A program made the position numbers and the translations under genes. A DNA stretch of 54,489 nucleotides from Chromera velia (lineage: Eukaryota): the NCBI GenBank assembly GCA_018398765.1, contig JAHBMJ010000203.1, positions 1 to 54,489 on the forward strand, in the 5' to 3' direction. The notes below the pieces were generated by a model. It was not told the origin of the DNA. It ran no database searches and was given only the letters and a program-made list of their open reading frames with translations. Shown here one piece after another: positions 22,175 through 35,574 of this stretch. The first letter of the stretch is position 1. The number at the start of each line of letters is the position of its first letter.

Positions 22175-23398
22175 TGTCCCAATTTTCGGGTTACAACTAG
22201 TTGTATTTGGGTCCAATCAAATTATAGGTTAAATTTTATTAATAAAACAACTGTTGTATATTTTTATTAGTAATATTGATTTTAATATATAAAGTCGTTC
22301 TTCATATGTTGTTGTATATTGGTTGCATAGCAATGGTTGCGCAACATTGCTCAGGCTAAAATGTTTACTTTTGTTCAAAGTTTGTTTCAATACTAGCTAA
22401 AAATTATATAATAATACATATCGTTCTCATACATTTACAAATATTAACCATGAGTTAAACCAATGCTAATCAATATTAACTGCATGTCGTTTATATACGT
22501 TTTCTTTAGTCAGTTAGTTAGTTAGTTAGAGTTAGTTAGAGGATCAATTAATGTTCACTCCTAGTCACCATCGTTGTAAAAGGTTTGAGTTGCTGCAACC
22601 CTCCGAGTAGTGCTGAAGGAAGTTTCCTCTCTCTGAGCTCTTGGCTTTCTCTCCCCCTTCATGCAGTATACTAACGCTCTGATAACTGCAAATTGTATCT
22701 GAGCTTTGATGGCTCCTGCGACCCTTAATCTTGTTGTGTTCGTTCTCTTATATACGTTTTCTTCATATAAAATTTTGTGCACACAAACTATCAAGTGGGC
22801 CCAGTAAATTACTAAGCAACCTGTCCCTATTTTTGGGTTACAGTTGTATTTGGGCCCAATTATGTCGAATTTTATTAATGAACAACTGTCGTTTATATGT
22901 TGTTGTTAGTTGTTGTATGTTGGTTGCACAACAATGATAAAATGTTTGTTTTAATACTAAAATTTTTTGAATTACAATTTTAAATCAACCAGTTGTGAAG
23001 CCGCAATTGATCAGCTGTATTAGGATGATCGAAGTCACGCCTATTTTCGTCGCTGGTAGTCGTAGGACGGAACAAATCGACAAACTAGGTTAGATCCGCC
23101 TCTCATATATGAGGATGCGGCATGCATAAAAAAACCCTCAATCATCCTCAATCATCAATTATAATTTGTATCTATACTAAAATTATATACAGACATGTAT
23201 GATTTTTATGCATTTGCCTAGGCATTTGCAAACAACTGTTGCTAACTGTTGTTCATGTTTTATTTATATATATAAAATTTTATGCACACAAACTATCAAG
23301 TGGGCTCAGTAAATTACTAAGCAACCTGTCCGTATTTTCGGGTTACAGTTGTATTTGGGCCTAATTGTGTCGAATAATTCTGTTCATGAACAACTGTT
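22175..23398. repeat. AT-rich repeat with ~130-bp direct copies (about 22765-22890 and 23270-23398; partial 22175-22260)
   Basis: Shared gcacacaaactatcaagtgggc.cagtaaattactaagcaacctgtcc.tattt..gggttacagttgtatttgggcc.aatt. Confidence 0.8.
22505..22760 (-). mobile_element. 3' remnant of an RLE-type (CRE-like) non-LTR retrotransposon with a (TAAC)n tail
   Basis: VAGAIKAQIQFAVIRALVYCMKGERK resembles the ..RARLSFAI.RA...CLRGSR C-terminus; stop at 22561, then ctaactaac repeats. Confidence 0.5.
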
Positions 23399-23407
23399 GT
23401 TGATATT

Positions 23408-23860
23408 GTGGAGTCCTACCCTGTAGCGCCGCCCTCTGGTCCAAGACCTTCGCATGTGTTGTATCTGAATGAGCCTGCATGCCGACGCCATGCTTCGCCG
23501 TCGCACGTATACGCAGTTTGCCTGTATGTGTCGTACTTGAAGCTCTGCGCATGCATACAAGCCTACGTTTGGCCTCTTTAGCAACATGTTGTCTGAGCAA
23601 TATCCTACAGTAGGTTCAAGTTGAAGTCAGGTGAAGTTAGTGAATCATATTGAATTTATAGAGTCGGAAGTCTGAAGACAAAGCTTAATAGGACCTCTTA
23701 GAGTCAAAATAGGATTGAGACCTTGTTTACCTGAACCTGTAAAGTATTGTTTGAGTGAGTGTTGCTCACGTTCCTTCTCTAGAATTTCCCGAAGGTTCTT
23801 GTCCTTGCTTTACCTTCTGTCTGGACACCATAAGGTGGCCGGACAGGGGGGACAAACCAT
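23408..23860 (-). mobile_element. Fragment of the same family as the 44310-51267 element (transposase 5' end and upstream sequence)
   Basis: Reverse complement matches about 45550-45630 (tttgtcccc..gtcc.gccaccttatgg.gtccagacagaa.gtaaagcaagga) and 45935-46013 (gctcattcagat...cagagggcggc...acagggtaggactccac). Confidence 0.8.
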
Positions 23861-25587
23861 TGTGGTGAACGCTCAGCTCGATGAGTGTCGACTCTCGAGT
23901 ACCTTCTATGATGGAGACCAGATCTGTCCTTTTACGCAACAGTTGGAAACCGATTGCAACGATAAGGGCACGGTCAAGCAAAGACCGTGAGTAAGGGAAT
24001 TCAGCGTCCTCTTGCGTCCCAAGCTGCCTGGAGCCCTGTTTCGGAGATCCCCTTCGAGTCTCATCCTGGACTTTGCCTTTGTCCTTGGGTGGAGAACCCA
24101 AAAATCGTTGGAGGTCGCCAAAGCCGATAGTGGAGACGTTGTTTAGTGTTGCTCAGGACTTTGAGGAGCCTGATTTCATTGAGAATGCCGCCTATGAGTA
24201 GATCGCAATCCAAATGGCCAGTAGAGTGCTTTTCCTATGCCTTTTGATTCTGCAACTGTCTCCGTCTTCCGGATGAGTGTCGGCTGATCACCTTCACTTG
24301 TCTTTGCTGTTAGTTGCTTGCTTGTCTGCGCAAGGCTGACCACCTTCGTGGCCTGCAAACACCTTTAGCATGTCTGGGTCTGTCTGAACTGGTCCTTCGA
24401 CAGCTTCTAAACATAAGAAAACGCCCTTCGTCTCTCCATATGTCTGCAATACTGCTATTTTCTTCCAAGAGTGAGCTTATCACTTCTAGCTGTCTGACTA
24501 TTGCGTGGATTGTTCGATGAGTGGCCATTCGATCGGGTGTGTGAGACTTTGTATGTTTAACAGACAGAAGGGACAGGTGGCGGCGTACCACACAGACCAA
24601 CGCGGCGACGGCCGGTGTGCTAGCCGGGGAAGGCCTTCTGCTCTGGGACCCGACATGGCAAGCCTGGAGTAGGAAGGAAGAGGAAGTAAGGAAGGGGTAT
24701 TACAAAATGACATCGAGCCTGCCCTCGACGGTAAGAGAGGCAGAAGGGTCATGGCAGACCTACTGAGAGACAGAGTAGGGCACACGGCAGCTGCCGCCTC
24801 GTCTTTCGCCAGCGCCGGCATATTTTCAACTAACCGGGAAGGGTAAGAGGGGGTCGTGGGGGAAGAGAAGGGAAGGGGAGGGAGAAGGGGGGAGAAGGGG
24901 GAAGAAGGGGTGAAAAAAGGGGACAAAGGGGAAGGGAAAGGGAGGGAAAAAAGGGGGGGAAGAGGGAGAGAGGGGGGTTGCTTCGGGGTGGGGGGGCGAA
25001 TCGAATCGAGGCTGGCCAAGAGCATGTGAAGTACTAGCAACTGAGTGTGACTGGAGCGTCTTTTATCTGGAGTTGAGAGTTCATGTGTCGAAAGGAGCAG
25101 CAAGGGGATGAAACGAGACAGAAAGAAGAGATGAGATAAAAAGAGACCAGCGGAGCACTCTGCAATGTGTTTGGTCCCTTCCCTCCCTCCCTTTATGCAG
25201 CTAGTGACACGCGCGGAGTATGTTTGTGCTCAACGAGACTGTTTGTGCTCGACAAGACCGTTGAGTCCTTCTATTGACGAGAACTCCAACTCGATTGCCT
25301 ACCTCTACGTCAGCTATATGCGAAAAGGACAGAAGACTGCCTGATTGTCGCCGCCATGTGCTTATGCCTGCGCGTGCCCGCGACTGCCTGTGACCGCCCT
25401 TGCGCCCCTGTACTGAACTTGGGGGGGGAGTGAGCATTACAGAGCTGAGCGTCAAAGAGGCGAACTGCGAGAACAATGAGCCAAGCGCTGCATGTGCCGT
25501 GCATTCAGAACTTCTGGAGCTCTTTTTGGAAGAGTGACCTTTCTTCTCTCTCGGCTTCTCTTCTTTGTGCACATAGTTGCACAAGTA

Positions 25588-26795
25588 TACTGTACTACAC
25601 AGTGACTGTACTCTAGACTGTACTACACTGTACTATACTGTACTACTGTACTATGACATCTACACTGTACTGTACTACTGTACTAGACTGTAAAAAAAAA
25701 TTTCTTCTATTTTTAGCATCCTAGGGGGTCTCTTAACCTACGTTAATGCTCTATAAACATGTGCTAAGTTATGATATGGTGATGATGAATTACAGTGACT
25801 CAGAAAGGAGCCTCTCTGAACTCCAGTCCGATGCTCTTCAGGTATTCAATTGCCATCTCTCCATCTAGCTCGTCATCAAATGCCTTGGCAGACTTATTTG
25901 ATGCAAGGTCGAGTCCTTAGAGTCCCAAAATCTAGGTCTCTCTCCTGTGGTGCCCGGCGTTCCTCTGATGAACCCTCTGGAGGTGGAGGTTGGTGTGTGT
26001 GATGACCAGCAAGTCCTGGTGCGGCTAGGTGAGACGGTTTCTCTTCTCAAAGTAAACCTGGTCGTAGAGAAAGAACCTCCGTTCACAAAGTCCTACCGCG
26101 TTAGCGGCCTGAAAGACCTCTGTGGCAAGGGAGGCGTTCTTAGGGGCTTGAGCAGCTCTCACATGTAGCTCGCAGAAAGTACTAGTCAAAAAAACAGGAG
26201 TTTCAAGATTTTCTTGAAAGTAAGAGGTACTTTCAAATTACTGTGAAGAGTATTGCTTCTCGGTATAAGTGGATCATCATCGAACCTGTATTGTAAGCAG
26301 GTCTGACGCTGTCATCCCCGACAATATACAGTTAAGCTGAAAAAGGGGCGTCGCAGCCTGTACTACCTTACGCCACTTCGACGTCATCTACAAAGATATC
26401 GTTGCCCAGATTTCCTCTGCCCCTAGACTTCAACATGCAAAACCTCGTCTAAGTACCCAAGGAGTGGAACAGAAACCTTGTATTCTCGTGGTTGAGAAGC
26501 TTCACTTAAAACCACCTTTTTCTCTAATTTATGTTTACTATAAAAACATAATCAAAACTTATTAAAACACTAGTAAAAAGTTACTAAAAATATAAGGAAA
26601 AATATGCTAAAAGTAGGCTTTAAGCTAAGCTTTATGTAGCCTAAAACTTAGCTTAAAGGCTTATAAAAAGGTAGTGGGACGCTAGGTGGGACGAGCGGCG
26701 GGCGGCCCGCCCAACTTAGTGAAGCAGGGCGGGGCGGGCCTCTCGAACTGTACTGTACTGTACTAGTTTTGCTTCTACACTGTATTGTACTAGTG
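25588..26795. repeat. (ACTGT)n pentamer tracts on both sides of the hAT remnant (25588-25692 and 26747-26795; duplicated near 29817 and 30978)
   Basis: tactgtactgtac arrays seen directly. Confidence 0.8.
25800..26500 (-). pseudogene. hAT transposase remnant (C-terminal dimerisation domain), copy 1
   Basis: Manual translation ELHVRAAQAPKNASLATEVFQAANAVGLCERRFFLYDQVYFEKRNRLT*PHQDLLVITHTNL fits P.L..LA..V.....S...ER.FS......KRNRL....LV..H.NL; TRF motif upstream. Confidence 0.8.
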
Positions 26796-29700
26796 TAACT
26801 ATGTTTGCGCGTGACTCGGGAGTCAGACCCCTCGTGTGGCTGAGAGTACGAGCGCACGAGGGGGCGCCTTTATTCGCTGTCTTCTTCTTGCTTCCTTCTG
26901 CTGTTTTGAAACGTTTCGGGTTATCCCTGGCTTCCTCCTTAATTTAAGAAAAAGAGACTGGAAGAGGTGGAGATAAAATGAGTAGAAGAGGAGCAAAGAG
27001 AGAAGAAATCTTTAAACAGATGTCTGGTTTAATGAGAAAAGAAGAAAAAGCGAGGGGACAGCCCATGCATGTCTTGGTGTCTGTTCTGCATCTTGTCCCT
27101 GCAGGGAGATGCCGGTGCTTTGGAGGCCCTCTGGGTTCTCTGGGTATCGCTTCTCCCCCTCGCAGCACAGGAGTTGATGGGAGCCTTGGTGGTCCGCAGG
27201 AGCCACCGTCTCTGCGCAAGCATCTGCGTGAGGACAGACGGTGTGCCGGCAGGCATCTCCCTCCAATAGATCTGACCGGGTACCATTCATTCGTTGATGT
27301 CTGTTCTTGTGTGTTCAGTGGATTTATGGTGTTGTTGACGACAAGCGAAGAGACGCGCATACAGTCTCTAGTGTAGTCTTTGGGAAGGAAGTGAGATAGA
27401 AGAGAGAGGAGGAAGAGATGTAAATAAATGACATTGTGTGTGAACATATGTGTGCGTGAGGTTTTCTGCTGCTACCCTCTGGTTTCTCCATTTCTTCATG
27501 TTTTATTCGAACCTCCGTTTGCCCATCTACTTACATTCAAAAAATTGAGAGAGCTGGAAGGGGAGTGCTTGCAGACGTACTATTCTTTCTGTTGGCCGCA
27601 CCCTTCTGGCAGGCTGGTCTGAGAAAGAGAGAGAGAGTGAGAGAAGGTGAAACAAAGTCGAGAAATAGAATTGGCTACCTCTTTCCTTCCGCCGGTTCCA
27701 CCTTTTTTATTTTCAATCACTTTGTCGTTGGTGGTGTTCGATCTGCGTCTTTCTTTTGAGACTATGGAGGTGTTGGAGGTACTTTGTTTTTCTGTCTTAC
27801 TTCAAGGGAAATGAAGGCAGCATGAAGGAGAAATGAGATAAAAAGGAAACGGTAGGACTGCACAAGAGTTCGAAAAGTAGAGATTTGTTAGAATGAGCTT
27901 GTCTGTCCCTCTTGGAATTTTTATGTTAGCGCCGTCTCTGCTTTCTAATCTACCGCCTTCCGGTGCCCTCGAATACTATCCCGTTTACGAATGTGAAGAT
28001 CTGATGTGGTGGGAGCGTGTACACGTGTACGTGCATACCTGAACTTTTGCCCCGTTAGTTTTTTGGTTGGCTGCACGTGTCCCTCTGAGTCTGTCTGTTT
28101 GTTGCTCGGTAGAAGTGTCGATTCTCGAGTACCTTCTGTGATGGAGACCAGATCTGTCCTTTTACGCAACAGTTGGAAACCGATTGCAACGATAAGAGCA
28201 CGGTTAGACAAAGACCGTGAGTAGGGGAATTCAGCGTCCTCTTGTGTTCCAAGCTGCCTGGAGCCCTGTTTCGGAGATCCCCTTCGAGTCTCATCCTGGA
28301 CTTTACCTTTGTCCTTGGGTGAAGAACCAAAGATCGTTGGAGGTTGCCAAAGACGATGGTGGAGACGTTGCTTAGTGTTGCTCGGGACTTTGAGGAGCCT
28401 GATTTCATTGAGAATGCTGCCTATGAGTAGATCGCAATCCAAATGGCCAGTAGAGTGCTTTTCCTATGCCTTTTGATTCTGCAACTGTCTCCGTCTTCCG
28501 GATGAGTGTCAGCTGATCACCTTCACTTGTCTTTGCTGTTGGTTGCTTGCTTGTCTGCGCAAGGCTGACCACCTTCGTGGCCTGCAAACACCTTTAGCAT
28601 GTCTGGGTCTGTCTAGACTGGTCCTCCAACAGCTTCTAAACATAAGAAGACGCCCTTCGTCTCTCCATATGTCTGCAATACTGCTATTTTCTTCCAAGAG
28701 TGAGCTTATCACTTCTAGCTGTCTGACTATCGCGTGGATTGTTCGATGAGTGGCCGTTCTATCGGGTGTATGAGACTTTGCATGTTCAACAGACAGAAGG
28801 GACAGGTGGCGGCGTACCACACAGACCAACGCGGCGACGGCCGGTGTGCTAGCCGGGGAAGGCCTTCTGCTCTGGGACCCGACGCGGCAAGCCTAGAGTA
28901 GGAAGGAAGAGGAAGTAAGGAAGGGGTATTACAAAATGACATCGAGCCTGCCCTCGACGGTAAGAGAGGCAGAAGGGTCGTGGCAGACCTACTAAGAGAC
29001 AAAGTAGGGCACACGGCAGCTGCCACCTCGTCTTTTGCCGGCGCCGGCATATTTTCAACTAACCGGGAAGGGTAAGAGGGGGTCGTGGAGGAAGAGAAGG
29101 GAAGGGGAGGGAGAAGGGGGGAGAAGGGGGAAGAGGGGGTGAAAAAGGGGGACAAAGGGGAAGGGAAAGGGAGGGGAAAAGGGGGGGGAAGAGGGAGAGA
29201 GGGGGGTTGCTTCGAGGTGGGGGGGCGAATCGAATCGAGGCTGGCCGAGAGCATATGAAGTACTAGTAATTGAGTATGACTGGAGCGTCTTTTATCTGGA
29301 GTTGAGAGTTCATGTGTCGAAAGGAGCAGCAAGGGGATGAAACGAGACAGAAAGAAGAGATGAGATAAAAAGAGACCAGCGGGGCAGTCTGCAATGTGTT
29401 TGGTCCCTTGCCTCCCTCCCTTTATGTAGCTACTGACACGTGCGGAGTATGTTTGTGCTCAACGAGACTGTTTGTGCTCGACGAGACCGTCGAGTCCTTC
29501 TGTTGACGAGAACTCCAACTCGATTGCCTACCTCTACATCAGCTATGTGCGAAAAGGGCAGAGGACTGCCTGATTGTCACCGCCATGTGCTTATGCCTGC
29601 GCGTGCCCGCGACTGCCTGTGACCGCCCTTACGCCCCTGTACTGAGCTTGGGGGGGGAGTGAGCATTACAAGGCTGAGCGTCAAAGAGGCGAACTGCGAG

Positions 29701-30030
29701 AACAATAAGCCAAGCGCCACATGTGCCGTGCATTCAGAACTTCTGGAGCTCTTTTTTTGGAAGAGTGACCTTTCTTCTCTCTCGGCTTCTCTTCTTTGTG
29801 CACATAGTTGCACAAGTATACTATACTACACAGTGACTGTATTCTAGACTGTACTACACTGTACTATACTGTACTACTGTACTATGACATCTACACTGTA
29901 CTGTACTACTGTACTAGACTGTAAAAAAAAATTTCTTCTATTTTTAGCATCCTAGGGGGTCTCTTAACCTACGTTAATGCTCTATAAACATGTGCTAAGT
30001 TATGATATGGTGATGATGAATTATAGTGAC

Positions 30031-30730
30031 TCAGAAAGGAGCCTCTCTGAACTCCAGTCCAATGCTCTTCAGGTATTCAATTGCCATCTCTCCATCTAGC
30101 TCGTCATCAAATGCCTTGGCAGACTCATCTGATGCAAGGTCGAGTCCTTGGAGTCCCAAAATCTAGGTCTCTCTCCTGTGGTGCCCGGCGTTCCTCTGAT
30201 GAACCCTCTGGAGGTGGAGGTTGGTGTATGTGATGACCAGCAAGTCCTGGTGCGGCTAGGTGAGACGGTTTCTCTTCTCAAAGTAAACCTGGTCGTAGAG
30301 AAAGAACCTCCGCTCACAAAGCCCTACCGCGTTAGCGGCCTGAAAGACCTCCGTGGCAAGGGAGGCGTTCTTAGGGGCTTGAGCAGCTCTCACATATAGC
30401 TCGCAGAAAGTACTAGTCAAAAAAACAGGAGTTTCAAGATTTTCTTGAAAGTAAGGGGTACTTTCAAATTACTGTGAAGAGTATTGCTTCTCGGTATAAG
30501 TAGATCATCATCAAACCTGTATTGTAAGTAGGTGTGACGCTGTCATCCCCGACAATATACAGTTAAGCTGAAAAAGGGGCGTTGCAGCCTGTACTACCTT
30601 ACGCCACTTCGACGTCATCTACAAAGATATCGTTGCCCAGATTTCCTCCGCCCCTCGACTTCAACATGCAAAACCTCGTCTAAGTACCCAAGAAGTGGAA
30701 CAGAAACCTTGTATTCTCATGGTTGAGAGG
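30031..30730 (-). pseudogene. hAT transposase remnant, copy 2
   Basis: Duplicate of 25800-26500. Confidence 0.8.
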
Positions 30731-33699
30731 CTTCACTTAAAGCCATCTTTTTTTCTAATTTATGTTTACTATAAAAACATAATCAAAACTTATTAAAATA
30801 CTAATAAAAAGTTACTAAAAATATAAGGAAAAATATGCTAAAAGTAGGCTTTAAGCTAAGCTTTAAATAGCCTAAAACTTAGCTTAAAGGCTTATAAAAA
30901 GGTAGTGGGACGCTAGGTGGGACGAGCGGCGGGCGGCCCGCCCAACTTAGTGAAGCAGGGCGGGGCGGGCCTCTCGAACTGTACTGTACTGTACTGTACT
31001 GTATTGTACTGTACTAGTTTTGCTTCTACACTGTATTGTACTAGTGTAACTATGTTTGCGCGTAACTCGGGAGTCAGACCCCTCGTGTGGCTGAGAGTAC
31101 GAGCGCACGAGGGGGCGCCTTTATTCGCTGTCTCTTTCTTGCTTCCTTCTGCTGTTTTGAAACGTTTCGGGTTATCCCTGGCTTCCTCCTTAATTTAAGA
31201 AAAAGAGACTGGAAGAGGTAGAGAGAAAATGAGTAGAAGAGGAGCAAAGAGAGAAGAAATCTTTAAACAGATGTCTGGTTTAATGAGAAAAGAAGAAAAA
31301 GCGAGGGGACAGCCCATGCATGTCTTGGTGTCTGTTCTGCATCTTGTCCCTGCAGGGAGATGCCGGTGCTTTGGAGGCCCTCTGGGTTCTCTGGGTATCG
31401 CTTCTCCCCCTCGTAGCACAGGAGTTGATGGGAGCCTTGGTGGTCCGCAGGAGCCACCGTCTCTGCACAAGCATCTGCGTGAGGACAGACGGTGTGCCGG
31501 CAGGCATCTCCCTCCAATAGATCTGACCGGGTACCGTTCATTCGTTGATGTCTGTTCTTGTGTGTTCAGTGGATCTATGGTGTTGTTGACGACAAGCGAA
31601 GAGACGCGCATGCAGTCTCTAGTGCAGTCTTCGGGAAAGAAATGAGATAGAAGAGAGAGGAGGAAGAGATGTGAATAAATGACATTGTGTATGAACATAT
31701 GTATGCGTGAGGCTTTTTGCCGCCACCCTCTGGTTTCTCCGTCTCTTGATGTTTTGTTCGAACCTCCGCCCATCTACTTACATTCAGAAAATTGAGAGAG
31801 TTGGAAGGGGAGTGCTTGCAGACGTACTATTCTCTCTGTTGGCCGGTTCCTTCCGGCAGGCTGGTCTGAGAAAGAGAGAAAGAGTGAGAGAAGGTGAAAC
31901 AAAGTCAAAAAACAGAGTTGGCTACCTCTTTCCTTCCGCCGGTTCCACCTTTTTTATTTTCAATCACTTTGTCGTTGGTGGTGTTCGATCTGCGTCTTTC
32001 TTTTGAGACTATGGAGGTGTTGGAGGTACTTTGTTTTTCTGTCTTACTTCAAGGGAAATGAAGGCAGCATGAAGGAGAAATGAGATAAAAAGGAAACGGT
32101 AGGACTGCACAAGAGTTCGAAAAGTAGAGATTTGTTAGAATGAGCTTGTCTGTCCCTCTTGGAATTTTTGTGTTGGCGCCGTCTCTGCTTTCTAATCTAC
32201 CGCCTTCTGGTGCCCTCGAATACTATCCCGTTTACGAATGTGAAGATCTGATGTGGTGGGAGCGTGTACACGCGTACGTGCATGCCTGAACTTTTGCCCC
32301 ATTAGTTTTTTGGTTAGCTGCACGTGTCCCTCTGAGTCTGTCTCTTTGTTGCTCGATAGAAGGTTGATCGGTCTGCTCTTTTCTTTTTCCAGTTTCAGTC
32401 GTTTCAAATTGCTTCTCTAGTTTCTCGCTGTGGCTGTCTTTTCTACTGGCAGTATCGAAACGAACTCTTGTCATGCAGACTGTATTGTTGAAAGTGTATA
32501 TCCTTCTCCTTTTGCCTCAATATAGCCGTGTTTGCTCGTCTGACTTTGCCGTATTGGTGCGAGACTAGTGCCCCAGAAGAAAAGAGAAGGCAGAGAGGGG
32601 AGAGCAAAGCGGGAGTGAGAAGTAAGGGACTCCCCCGGGGGGGCGGAGCGAAAGAGGGAAAGATGGAAAAAGAAAATAAAGAAAAAAATGAGGTGGACGA
32701 CTGCGAGTGCATGCATCAGCATGGGGATGCATGCGTATATGTGACCGCGTGGGCCTGACTGCGCCTCACTGTGCCTTACTCTCTGTTGCTCTTTCTATCT
32801 AGCATTTCTGTCTCGTTCTTTCTTTCTAGGGGGTACAAAAAGTTAATAGAAAGCTGGAAAACGTAAGACCTTGCAATGGGAAGCTTGCGGCCGTCGAATG
32901 ATGGACCCTGCTGTCAGGTAGGGGGGGTATGCTTCTATAGACCCCAAGCAAGCCGACGTCCCTAAAACAGGCTTTTCGAGGAAAGACCTGGCGGGTTGGC
33001 ATTACCGGCAAGGCAGTGGTGATAGTACCTTTGGGTACGTTAATCTGATTAACTTGCTGTGATGCCACTGTGGTCCAGGCCACGGCATGCCCCGGCCCCG
33101 GGCCCAGCCCCCGCCCCTCAGCGGCCCCTGTCCCTATCCTTGCCCCCGCCTCCGTCGATGGACGTCCTCCCGGCTCCGCCAGCGCTCCAGTCTGCTCACT
33201 CCCTTGATCCGCCCTCTCTTTCTCACTCCTTTGTCCCCTTTTCTGCCTTCTGTCTCCGCTGGGATCCATATGTTGGAGCCGGGGCTGGTGCCGGCACGCA
33301 GTCTCAAAGACATAAAGCAGACCTGGATACAGGCAGACAAGCAGCACATTCAAAGGGAGACAAACAGAAAGCTAGAACAGAAAGCAAGGACAAGCATCCT
33401 TCCCCTCCTTCCATTACCTCTCTCTAGGTTGCCACAACTTCTCCACCTCCTTTCTAGACCATACCTACTGGATGTCTTTGACTGATTTTCACTGACAGGC
33501 ACGGGTGCAAAACGACGTGACTGACAGGGACCGAATGAAAACAAACCACTGACCCAGAGAGACGGTCGTCATATGGAGCCCCAAGTGCTGCTCCTCAGGA
33601 CAATCGATTAGAGGAACGGAACCTGCATGCGCATTCAATCACATCCCCAAGAGGCAACAAAGCCAAAAACGACAGTTCAAAGCAAACATCTGCTCAACA

Positions 33700-34200
33700 T
33701 ACAGTGCATCATGCACTGACCTACACAGAGAGACGGAACCGCACACTCACCAGAAGAATGGCGAAAGCAACCCCAGCTCCTCAGCAAAGGCAAAAAGTAG
33801 TCCCAGATCCTGCATGCAACCACTGAACAAGAAAAAGATAAAGTTTCATGGGAGGGCCTCAGGTGTATCATGCTCTGACCTGATGGAACGGCTTGCAAGC
33901 ATTGAGACAAACAAACTGATGAACCGACCGGAGAGCACGCAAAGGTCCCTCTAGATCCCTGAAACAGCCCAGTGGGAATCCCAAATCCTGTCTGCAGGTA
34001 CATACCAAGAAAATAAGGAAGTCTGAGAGCTTGGACAAAGGTGGTCCAGTGCTTGATATGATACAACGAGTTGTCACGGCTAGCTAGTACACACCTAAGA
34101 GGAGACGGAACTTTAAACTCACCAGAAGGAAGACAAAAACAGCCCCAGTTCCCCCGGTGAAGAAAGCAAGAGCTCGAGCGCTTATATAGAAGCATGCAAG
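33700..34200 (-). pseudogene. Decayed spliced gene fragment with two similar exon ends
   Basis: Two related segments ending ctgggg.tg.ttt.....cttctg|gtgagt near 33750 and 34120; product unclear. Confidence 0.3.
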
Positions 34201-35574
34201 GGGGAAAAGACGTCGATCAAACAGTGAGAATAAGACGGCCCTCTCCAATTTCACCCACCATGCTTACTGACAGAACGAGACGGAGAAATAAACCCACGCC
34301 CAAAGAAGAGAGATGACTGAGGTTCCTTCCAAAGTCTGCTCTCCCATGCGAACTATAGAGCTATTAATTATGTCTGCAATGTGGTGCAAGCTGATCTAAA
34401 AACACCAGCAGTGAATTAATAATTTTAGCGCAGATCCACAGTCCCACAATATCCAGTGCAGTGTCACTGCCAGTGTGCCGTGATTATGTACCTTTGCGAT
34501 GCATGACCCTTCAGCTGTATACATCTGCGTGCGTTAAAATCGGCTTCTTGAATATCTGATTTTAAGGCTGGGCGCGCGTAAGGCATGCATGGTGCAGGCC
34601 CCGCCGCCGCCTTATTACGTGCGCAGCTTAGGGTGCAGCACCCGCACGGTTATGCACACCGCGCTATAATTTTTTTTTCCCACTAACCTGAATTTAAAAA
34701 CATAAAATTGCACTCTTACATTGCTTAAAACTCTTTATTTTGAGCTTTTAAGCATTGTTTACTATCTAGAAAATACTAGAAAAGGTGGAGAGATATGGTT
34801 GTTTTGGAGACTGTTTTGATGTTGGAGACCGTTTAGGATACATTTGTTTTGTGTTTGGATGCCGGGGTCTTGGTCCTTGCGCAATGTGAATGGAGTTCGA
34901 AAGCCTTGCAGATTGACTGACTCTAGGACATAGATATTGTCTTGTGGCTGCTGTCCTGTAGCTTAAGTTTGTCCTGTCTCATGAATTCAGTCTGTTTGCA
35001 TGCAGAGGGAGGGTTGGACGATGAAACCTTTTCGCACCTGGGGAAGGGAAAAGGAGATGGGTCACTTCGGTAGCTACCGTTTCAGCAACGGTTGGAGTAT
35101 ATAGCTGAGGGTTGTCTTCGTAGCCTACGAAGAATACATAAAAACATAAATACATAAAAATGAAAATACTTTTTGAATACATAAAAATCATAAAAATATA
35201 TATGATTTTTGGAGTCGGAATTTCCGTCAGAGTCGGGGTGCCCCTGTTTTTTCTTTAGGCCCACATGTGGAAGGAGGCTTTGAATTTCGTTAAGTCACGT
35301 TTAATTCTCTGTCAAGTGCGGGGATGAAAACGACTGTTCTGGAGTGAGATAGAATTCGATCGGATGAGATTGACTGGAGAATTTTGAGGTATCTTGACGA
35401 TCTTTACCTGTAGACCTTCTCAACCTTCTGGAGTTAATTAGTTTAGGACAGAGTCTTTCTGCCGCCTTCTAGCTTAGCCTCTTGAGTGTCATGACTACCA
35501 CATAACATGATATGATGATCGCCTAGTTCGAGAGTCCGAAACTCGAAAACACACCTTCTGTGGAGGAATGAGAT

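Larger units (their letters stand above)
23884..32362. repeat. Head-to-tail tandem duplication of ~4.25 kb (unit 1 about 23884-28115, unit 2 about 28114-32362)
   Basis: Colinear sequence and paired ORFs at offsets of 4229-4251 bp. Confidence 0.97.

Noticed and set aside
23884..32362. The two 4.25-kb units as giant LTRs
   Set aside because: They abut with no internal region, lack a CA end, PBS and PPT, and contain mixed TE debris.
32826..33353. 175-aa ORF as a real gene
   Set aside because: GC-rich, low complexity, no recognisable motif, and overlapping ORFs in several frames; cannot be supported.
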